From Eubacteriales bacterium (GTDB lineage Bacteria; Bacillota; Clostridia; Oscillospirales; CAG-382), in assembly GCA_045578045.1 (NCBI GenBank), contig JAZNJM010000081.1:1-63580 (forward strand): DNA of 63,580 nt. Reading direction: 5' to 3'. The stretch's first letter is position 1; every line of letters starts with the position of its first letter. Under the pieces are notes generated by a model, which saw only the letters and a list, made by a program, of their open reading frames with translations, searched no databases and was not told the DNA's origin. Below are positions 56,642 to 63,580 of this stretch, piece after piece. The position numbers and the translations under genes are program-made.

Positions 56642-57439
56642 TTATTTTTCTTCTTTAAAATATCCCTCTTTCAGATTGGAAACGTCAATTTTTCCGCCGC
56701 TATCTTCAGGAAGCTTTTTCAATATTCCCCCAAGAAACAAAAGTTTTGAAGGACAATCTCTGCTGTCGCCAAGATAAACGGTATATTTTCCGTCATAATC
56801 GAGATAATAATCAAATCTGCTTTTTAATATAACCTTATTTATCTTATCTTTCATAGAAGATTCTGAAATAGCTTCATATATTCTTCTAACTCCAACACCC
56901 GTTTTTTTATCGTTGAATATTATTTCTTCTCCAAGAATACATTTAACAATTATTTCATCTTCAAATACAACCTCAAAAAGCTCTTTTGGGCGTTCTTCGC
57001 AAAGCTCAACAACGTGCATTTCTATATCAAAAACAACGTATTTTTCAGAAACGTACGTAAACATAACGCTCTCACGCTCTGAGACTGTTATGGTTATTTT
57101 ATCAGGAACTTTTCTTTTTATCTCACATTCAGAAAGGTATGGAAAAGCATCGAGAATTTTTTCTTCTTTATCTGACTTTGAATAGCTGAATAACCTGTCC
57201 CCTTCTTTTATTCCAAATTCTTTCAAAAGAATATCGGTTGAATAGTATCTGTTTCCAATAATTTCAATTGAATTTATTTTAAACAGATACCTATAACAAA
57301 TGTAGAAAAAAGAACACGCAATTATGAGAAGGAGGATAAAATAACTTATTCTTCTTTTTTTAAGTTTTTTTTGTCTCGCACCCTCTATTTGATGGGTTTC
57401 ATTTATTTTTTTATAATCCTTATCCATTTTCTTATCCAA
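56642..57439 (-). CDS. ftsQ: Cell division protein FtsQ/DivIB
   Basis: Basic N-terminus, one TM helix, a POTRA-like segment (INSIEIIGNRYYS) and a dcw location. Confidence 0.8.
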   Translation of the reverse strand: MDKKMDKDYKKINETHQIEGARQKKLKKRRISYFILLLIIACSFFYICYRYLFKINSIEIIGNRYYSTDILLKEFGIKEGDRLFSYSKSDKEEKILDAFPYLSECEIKRKVPDKITITVSERESVMFTYVSEKYVVFDIEMHVVELCEERPKELFEVVFEDEIIVKCILGEEIIFNDKKTGVGVRRIYEAISESSMKDKINKVILKSRFDYYLDYDGKYTVYLGDSRDCPSKLLFLGGILKKLPEDSGGKIDVSNLKEGYFKEEK

Positions 57440-57498
57440 CTCAAAATTATTAGTTTGCGTTTTCTAAATATAATAGCTTACGTTTTTTATATATCTTA

Positions 57499-58629
57499 TT
57501 ATTTTATAAGACTTAAAGCCTCTTTTACAATATTTTCAACAGCATTTTCATCTGAAAAACGCTTTATATTTTCTGATAAGGTTTTTCTTTTTTTACTATC
57601 AGAAGCAAGGGTTGAAATGTTTTCAAAAAGAACTTCGGGTGTTAAATCTTTTTCCTCAATCAAAATTGCCGCAGAAGCCTTTTCAAGAACAGACGCATTT
57701 TTATACTGATGGTTTTCAGCAACGTTTGGAGATGGAATCAAAATTGAAGCCTTTCCAAGAAAAGAAGCCTCTGTTATTGTTATTGCTCCAGCTCTTGAAA
57801 TAATAATGTCTGCCGCAGCCATCTGTTTTGGAAGGTCATACATATATTCGTAAAGGAAGAAATTTTCTAATTTATCAAGACCGTTTTTTTCTGCAAGTTC
57901 TTTGCATCTTTCGTAATCTCTTCTTCCCGAAACGTGTCTGTATATCATATTGGGAAACTTTTCCAAAAGTTTTCCAACGGTATTCAAAACGTTGTTGTTT
58001 ATACACGCCGCCCCAAGACTTCCACCAAAAGACAAAACGAATATTTTCTCTGAAGATATTCCCATTTCTGCCCTATTCAAGCTATATTCATATGAATATA
58101 ACTTAGGTGAAACAGGATTTCCCGTCATTATAACCTTGCCCTTTGTTGATTCAAAATACTTTTTGCTTTCTTCATAGCTCAAACAAACTTTGTTTGCAGA
58201 TTTGGATAGCTTTCTCGTTGTCATTCCGGGGAAAGCGTTTTGTTCGTGAATTAACGTTGGGATTCCCATTTTTTCCCCTGCACGAACAGCCGCCCAACTT
58301 GCATATCCCCCCGTTCCGATTATAACATCTGGCATAAATTTCGATATTATCTTTTTCGCCTTGTTAACGGATGTCATAGCCTTAAAAGCGGTTGCAATAT
58401 TTGAAAGAGTTAATTTTCTTGTAAATCCTTGTATATCTATTGTTACAATTTTGTATCCCGCTTGTTCAACGAGCTTTTTTTCCATTCCTCGTTTACTTCC
58501 AACGAAAAGTATTTCCGCATTGTGATAAGTATTCTTTATACAGTCTGCTATGGATATTGCAGGATATATATGTCCTCCCGTTCCACCGCAAGACAATACA
58601 ACTCTCATTCTTTTATCTGATTTATTCAT
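57499..58629 (-). CDS. murG: UDP-N-acetylglucosamine--N-acetylmuramyl-(pentapeptide) pyrophosphoryl-undecaprenol GlcNAc transferase
   Basis: LSCGGTGGHIYPA. Start trimmed to MNKSDKRMRVV, just after the ftsW stop. Confidence 0.94.
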   Translation of the reverse strand: MNKSDKRMRVVLSCGGTGGHIYPAISIADCIKNTYHNAEILFVGSKRGMEKKLVEQAGYKIVTIDIQGFTRKLTLSNIATAFKAMTSVNKAKKIISKFMPDVIIGTGGYASWAAVRAGEKMGIPTLIHEQNAFPGMTTRKLSKSANKVCLSYEESKKYFESTKGKVIMTGNPVSPKLYSYEYSLNRAEMGISSEKIFVLSFGGSLGAACINNNVLNTVGKLLEKFPNMIYRHVSGRRDYERCKELAEKNGLDKLENFFLYEYMYDLPKQMAAADIIISRAGAITITEASFLGKASILIPSPNVAENHQYKNASVLEKASAAILIEEKDLTPEVLFENISTLASDSKKRKTLSENIKRFSDENAVENIVKEALSLIK

Positions 58630-58636
58630 TATTTTT

Positions 58637-59851
58637 TTACCCCTGTTCAATAATAGAATGTTTTGAAACGCTAAGAACAACCCCCGCTTGTATTAGCAAA
58701 ATCCACAAGGACGTTCCACCGTAGCTCAAAAACGGTAAACTTATACCCGTACTTGGTAATGTATTTGAAACAACGGCAATATTAAGCAACGTCTGGATTC
58801 CAATCTGACAAACAATTCCCGCAACAAGAAGTCCCGAAAAAAGCGAAGGAGCTTTTTTTGCAATATAAAGTCCTCTCCATATTAAAGCCGCAAAAATTGC
58901 CATTATTGCAACCGCACCAAAAAATCCCATTTCCTCACAGATAACAGAAAATATATAGTCGTTTTGAGGCTCTGGAATATATCCGTCCTTTTGGTTACTC
59001 TGTCCGAGGCCAACTCCCCACAATCCTCCCGATGCTATAGCAAAAAGAGATTGTGCAGGTTGCCAACCGTCATTTTTAAAATAAAGAGGATCAAAGGGAT
59101 CAAACCAAACTGCAAGTCTTGCCATAGCGTGTGAAAAAAAGGATATAGCAAAACCACCTATAGCAAAAATACCCGCACCGCATCCACCGATAATAAACCA
59201 ATTAACGCCACTCATTACCATCATACACGCAATAAGCATAGCAATAATTATTGTGCAAGAGATGTGTTTTTGAAGCAAAAGAACACCCGCCGCCGCTCCA
59301 AAAAGTAATACGTAAAATCCAAGGCATTTAAAGCCTTTTATTTTTTCTTTAACCTTTGATGCATATGAAGCACACATAACAACAACAGCAAATTTCAATA
59401 TTTCTGATGGTTGGAAAGTTATTGAGCCGAGTTTAAGCCAACGTGTTGCACCGCCACTCGTATGACCAAGAGGCGTTTTTACGGCAACACAAAGAAGTAT
59501 TGCAACGGCAAAAATCAATTTACTGAATCTTTTATACACTCTGTAATCAACCTTTATTGCCGCAATCATCAAAACAAGACCAGACAACACAAAAAAAACG
59601 TGTTTTTTTGTAAAATGGTAACTATCTCCCTGAGTTGCTTCGGCATATGAATAACTTGCACTCGCAACTGCAATGAGTCCAATTCCAACAAGTAATAAAA
59701 CAAGAATAAGAAATGGTTTATCTATTTCCCCAAGGATTCTGACTATCTTCTGTTGCGGCTCTTTTTCTATTGCGTTTGCCTCTACGTTTACAGAAAGAGA
59801 AGTGTTTTTATTATCTTTGTTTGTTTTTCTTTTTGATTTTATTCCAAACAT
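58637..59851 (-). CDS. ftsW: SEDS-family peptidoglycan glycosyltransferase FtsW/SpoVE
   Basis: Ten-TM SEDS pattern, with QPSE, PEPQNDYIF and LPFLSYGGTS. Confidence 0.93.
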   Translation of the reverse strand: MFGIKSKRKTNKDNKNTSLSVNVEANAIEKEPQQKIVRILGEIDKPFLILVLLLVGIGLIAVASASYSYAEATQGDSYHFTKKHVFFVLSGLVLMIAAIKVDYRVYKRFSKLIFAVAILLCVAVKTPLGHTSGGATRWLKLGSITFQPSEILKFAVVVMCASYASKVKEKIKGFKCLGFYVLLFGAAAGVLLLQKHISCTIIIAMLIACMMVMSGVNWFIIGGCGAGIFAIGGFAISFFSHAMARLAVWFDPFDPLYFKNDGWQPAQSLFAIASGGLWGVGLGQSNQKDGYIPEPQNDYIFSVICEEMGFFGAVAIMAIFAALIWRGLYIAKKAPSLFSGLLVAGIVCQIGIQTLLNIAVVSNTLPSTGISLPFLSYGGTSLWILLIQAGVVLSVSKHSIIEQG

Positions 59852-59871
59852 TTCTTCTCCAAATTGATTTT

Positions 59872-59981
59872 TAAAATATGTAAATTTCTAATTTAAAATA
59901 TGTAAATCACTAATTAAAATACGTAAATCACTAATTTAAAATACGTAAATCACTAATTTAAAATATGCAAAATGCTAAATT
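59872..59981. repeat. Five contiguous tandem repeats of 21-23 bp
   Basis: TAAAATAYGTAAATCACTAATT-type units start at 59872, 59894, 59915, 59937 and 59959. Units 3 and 4 are identical. Confidence 0.95.
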
Positions 59982-59987
59982 ATATTA

Positions 59988-60974
59988 TTAAGAAAATAAA
60001 AAGTAAGTTAATGCACAAAATATTGCGGTTAAGGTTGAGAACACAAAAACAATTTTAACTTCACTCCAACCGCTTTTTTCAAAATGATGATGAATAGGAG
60101 CCATTTTAAAAATTCGTTTTCCCGTTAGCTTAAAAGACATAACTTGAAGAATAACGGAAATACCTTCAATTAAATATATAAAACATACAATAATTGACCA
60201 AACACCCGCATTCACCCAAAAGCACATAGATACAATCAAAGCTCCTAAAAATTGAGAGCCGGTATCACCCATAAAAACCTTTGCGGGATGAAAATTAAAT
60301 ATAAGAAACGCAAGAATTGCACCAATACACGCAACAGACAAAACAAACAAGCTCTCGTGAGTTGTTAAAAACAGCTTATATGACAGCAACGCAAAGAAAA
60401 GGAAGATAACCGCAGAAACACTACCTGCAAGTCCGTCAATTCCGTCTGTTAAATTAGCACAATTTACAAGGTACATTATTGCTAAAGTACAAATTGGATA
60501 GTATATAATACCAAGATTTAGGTCTCCGAAAAATGGGATTTTCAAAGACGTATCAACGTATTTAAACCTGACAAGCAAAATGAGATATATAACCGTCGCA
60601 ATCGTTTGTATAAGGAGCTTTTGCGATGCAGTGAGTCCTTTGTTTTGCTTTTTAAAAAGTTTCACATAATCATCAATAAAACCAACCATTCCGTATAAAA
60701 ACGAAAATATCATATTTATTAACAAAAAATAATCTCCGTTTTTTATATCTTCTGGAAGAAGAAAAACTCCCGCGGCTATATATATTCCAATCATAAAGAA
60801 AAGACCGCCCATTGTTGGTGTTCCCTCTTTACATTTATGCCAAGACGGACCTATTTCAAGAATTTTTTGTCCTAATTTCGCTTTCCTCAAAATTGGAATA
60901 AAAATTTTGAGAAGAATCGCTGAAACACCAAAAGCAACAACAAATGCGAAACACGTTTTCATTGTCAAGCTCAT
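59988..60974 (-). CDS. mraY: Phospho-N-acetylmuramoyl-pentapeptide transferase
   Basis: MGGL, NLTDGIDGLA, MGDTGS and PIHHHFE motifs. Confidence 0.97.
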   Translation of the reverse strand: MSLTMKTCFAFVVAFGVSAILLKIFIPILRKAKLGQKILEIGPSWHKCKEGTPTMGGLFFMIGIYIAAGVFLLPEDIKNGDYFLLINMIFSFLYGMVGFIDDYVKLFKKQNKGLTASQKLLIQTIATVIYLILLVRFKYVDTSLKIPFFGDLNLGIIYYPICTLAIMYLVNCANLTDGIDGLAGSVSAVIFLFFALLSYKLFLTTHESLFVLSVACIGAILAFLIFNFHPAKVFMGDTGSQFLGALIVSMCFWVNAGVWSIIVCFIYLIEGISVILQVMSFKLTGKRIFKMAPIHHHFEKSGWSEVKIVFVFSTLTAIFCALTYFLFS

Positions 60975-61053
60975 TTAAAATATCCCCAATGCATTTTATT
61001 TTTCTGATTTATTGAATTATTTAACAGTATTTACAAAATCAGTTCTTTTAAAA

Positions 61054-62409
61054 TTATATAAGATTTGCAGATTTTATTATATCTCCGAATCTCATTCTGT
61101 TACTTGCTTTAAAAAGCAAAGAAACGTTTTCTTTCGTTATTTTTTCAATGGAAGAAACAAGCTCTTCTCTTTTATCCATAGAAAAATAATATACCTCTTT
61201 ACATCCCGCAGCTTCAGCACCCTCTGCTATATATTTTCCAAGCTCACCATAGCAGAAAAGAATATCGCAACATCCAACAGAATGTTCTCCAACGTTTTTA
61301 TGAAGTTTTTCTGCAAATTCACCAAGCTCAAGCATATCGCCTAATACTGCAACTCTTTTTCCTTTTTTCGTTTTGAGATAATCAAGGGCAGCTTTCATAG
61401 ATTCGGGAGCAGCGTTATAGCAATCTTCGATTATTTCGCATCCATTTTTTCCCATATATGTTTTTATTCTGCTTTCATTTGGCGAAAGAACGGATATTCC
61501 AGCCGCAGCTTCATCGTGAGTTAAACCCGATTTTATACCCGCCGCATACGCAAGAAGTGAATTTTTTACGTTATGTATTCCTATTTGTCTTATGTAAGCA
61601 TCTTTTCCGTTTATTTTAAAGTATAAAAGACCGTCTTTTGACTCTATATCACTGCAATAAAATTCACATTTTTTGTTCTCAAAAGAACAACGAACTACCT
61701 CACAGTCTCTGTTTATATCTCCCGATAGATAATCGTCATCTCCGTTTACAACGAGAATTCCGCCATTCATTCCAACGGTTATATCTGTTTTTTCTTCAAA
61801 AATTTTATCTCTTCCCCCAAGATATTCGCTATGCGACCAGCCAATGTTAGTTATTATTGCAATATCGGGTTTAATCAACTTTGAAATTTTTGAAATTTCT
61901 CCCGCCGTATTCATTCCCGCTTCAAGAACCATATATTCGGAATTTTCATCGCAATTAAGTATAACCATTGGTAAGCCCGTATAGCTGTTTTGGTTTCCGG
62001 GGGATTTATATACTTTATATTTTTCAGAAAAAACGGAAGAAACGTATTCTTTCGTTGAAGTTTTTCCAACGCTTCCCGTTATTGCAACGCATTTTTGTTT
62101 TGAAAGAGCATTTTTCCTATGGAAAAGAGCAAAATCATACATAGCTTTTCGCACATCGGGAACCAAAAGGGTATTTCTTGATATATAATTTTCATCTTCA
62201 ATTAAAGCAAAATGTTTTCCGTCTTTCGTTATATCAGAAACAAAGGAATGACCGTCAAACCTATCCCCTCTCAAAGCAACGAAAAGCATTCCTTCACCTT
62301 GGATTTTTCTGCTATCTGAAAGAATATACGATATATTTTTATCTTTATCAAATTCGTTTCCTAAAACCGCAGACATTAATTCAGCAATTTTTCCTGATGT
62401 ATATTTCAT
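61054..62409 (-). CDS. murF: UDP-N-acetylmuramoyl-tripeptide--D-alanyl-D-alanine ligase
   Basis: DSRKIQGEGMLFVALRGDRFDGHSF, ITGSVGKTSTKE and DCYNAAPESM. Start trimmed to MKYTSGKIAEL. Confidence 0.9.
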   Translation of the reverse strand: MKYTSGKIAELMSAVLGNEFDKDKNISYILSDSRKIQGEGMLFVALRGDRFDGHSFVSDITKDGKHFALIEDENYISRNTLLVPDVRKAMYDFALFHRKNALSKQKCVAITGSVGKTSTKEYVSSVFSEKYKVYKSPGNQNSYTGLPMVILNCDENSEYMVLEAGMNTAGEISKISKLIKPDIAIITNIGWSHSEYLGGRDKIFEEKTDITVGMNGGILVVNGDDDYLSGDINRDCEVVRCSFENKKCEFYCSDIESKDGLLYFKINGKDAYIRQIGIHNVKNSLLAYAAGIKSGLTHDEAAAGISVLSPNESRIKTYMGKNGCEIIEDCYNAAPESMKAALDYLKTKKGKRVAVLGDMLELGEFAEKLHKNVGEHSVGCCDILFCYGELGKYIAEGAEAAGCKEVYYFSMDKREELVSSIEKITKENVSLLFKASNRMRFGDIIKSANLI

Positions 62410-62431
62410 ACCACCACACCCTTTTTTATAT

Positions 62432-63580
62432 TTATCCAACAATTCCGTCATAGAAAAATTCAAGCTCTATAACCGTTCCTTTTTTAACTTTTGTTCCCTC
62501 AGGAATTGATTGTGAAACGGCTTTTGGTATACCAGCTCCCGTATACGCACCTGAATAGTATAAATTAAGAGAATTTTTTTCAAGAAGTTTTTCAACAACG
62601 TCAAATCTTTTGTTTATAAAATTTGGAACTGTTACGTATTCTTCTTCAATTTCTTCTGTATATATAATTACCTTGCTTCCGGATATAATTTTTTCACCCG
62701 CGAGAGGAATTTGTTTAACAACCTCTCTTCCCGTTCCCATAACCTGACATTCAAATCCAGCTTCTTCAATCTTTTTCTTTGCAGATTCAACCGTTGAACC
62801 AACAAAGTCTTCAACCTTAACGTTTAAAGGTGCTGACGTATCACTTCTTGGAATTTCAAGATATGGGAGAACCTCAGTTAAAACCTTTGAAACAACGGGA
62901 GCCGCAATAACGCCGCCGTAGAAAAGCAAATTTCCGTTTGCATCTCTTCCCCTTGGTTCATCAATGGCAACGAGAATTGCAATCTCAGGATTTTCTGCGG
63001 GGGCAAAAGCAACGCAAGAACCGATATAGATGCTTTCATCGCTTTGGTCTCTCTTCTGGGAAGTACCTGTTTTTGCCGCAATGGAATACCCCGCAACAGT
63101 TGCATTTTTCGTTGTTCCCATAGTTGAACCTTCTTCCAAAACCTTGAGAATTTTTTCAGAAGTGTCTTTAGAAATAACCTGAAGCGTTGAGCTGTATTTA
63201 TATTTTTCAATTATGTTTCCATCGCTGTCAACGGTTCCGATACACGCGTGAGGTGTAACGAGAGTTCCTCCGTTTGCAACTGTTGAAACTCCTCTTATTT
63301 GCTGTATCATCGTTGTTTTAAACGTCTGACCAAAGGAATAGGTTGCAAGTTCGGTTTGTTCAAACTGTGTTTCCGTTGTTTTGAAATATACCGTATAAGA
63401 TTCGGCATACATATCCGTTCCCGTTTTATCCGTATATCCAAAAGCCTCATAATATTCAAGGAAAGTCATTTTTCCAATATCAGCGCCCCATTTTACAAAA
63501 GCGGGGTTACAAGAATTTTGCAACGTTTGTGCAAAAGTCTGTGGTCCGTGTCCACCCGCCTTATGACAATGGATAGTCCA
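62432..63580 (-). CDS. Class B penicillin-binding protein (SpoVD/PBP2B-like transpeptidase with two PASTA domains), 5' end outside the window
   Basis: AKTGTS (KTG motif) and two C-terminal PASTA-like modules. The frame remains open to the window edge. Confidence 0.9.
   Translation of the reverse strand, partial: WTIHCHKAGGHGPQTFAQTLQNSCNPAFVKWGADIGKMTFLEYYEAFGYTDKTGTDMYAESYTVYFKTTETQFEQTELATYSFGQTFKTTMIQQIRGVSTVANGGTLVTPHACIGTVDSDGNIIEKYKYSSTLQVISKDTSEKILKVLEEGSTMGTTKNATVAGYSIAAKTGTSQKRDQSDESIYIGSCVAFAPAENPEIAILVAIDEPRGRDANGNLLFYGGVIAAPVVSKVLTEVLPYLEIPRSDTSAPLNVKVEDFVGSTVESAKKKIEEAGFECQVMGTGREVVKQIPLAGEKIISGSKVIIYTEEIEEEYVTVPNFINKRFDVVEKLLEKNSLNLYYSGAYTGAGIPKAVSQSIPEGTKVKKGTVIELEFFYDGIVG

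Overview
This is a 63.6-kb chromosomal segment from a low-GC Gram-positive anaerobe. It looks like Bacillota, class Clostridia. A dockerin-bearing enzyme, a BspA-type LRR lipoprotein, a DUF4364 gene and SpoVD/SpoVE-type division genes suggest a Ruminococcus/Oscillospiraceae-like organism, but that is inference only. I call about 54 protein genes and found no rRNA, tRNA, CRISPR array, transposase or prophage block. Left to right: feoA-feoB plus a Cys-rich partner; a heterodimeric ABC exporter operon; a P-loop/CYTH fusion and uvrB; envelope proteins (PAP2, an Ig-like protein, a sigma-TM-cyclophilin fusion, an SGNH hydrolase, an orphan solute-binding lipoprotein); a Xer-type recombinase, acyl-ACP thioesterase, smpB, a lipid kinase, secD, secF, galE, a beta-lactamase-like lipoprotein, lepA and hemW; a dockerin lipase; a four-gene AT-rich glycan island; nth and DUF4364; a stand-alone, motif-degenerate RnfC/RnfD-like pair; a GT2/S58 peptidase/HAD/TIM-barrel group; a lexA-polY-yolD SOS module; aroA; a small cassette bracketed by 77-bp direct repeats next to a ferredoxin gene missing from the ORF track; rlmH and metY; and a dcw-type division cluster (PBP, murF, mraY, ftsW, murG, ftsQ, ftsZ) without murE, murD or ftsA at their usual positions. 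I did not find a clear novel defence or biosynthetic system. The best candidates for follow-up are the orphan degenerate RnfC/RnfD pair split by a 135-bp minisatellite, the membrane-tethered sigma-cyclophilin fusion, the repeat-bracketed HExxH cassette, and several unrelated tandem-repeat arrays that sit exactly in intergenic spacers of conserved operons. All calls come from reading the sequence and the translated ORFs. No database search was possible.
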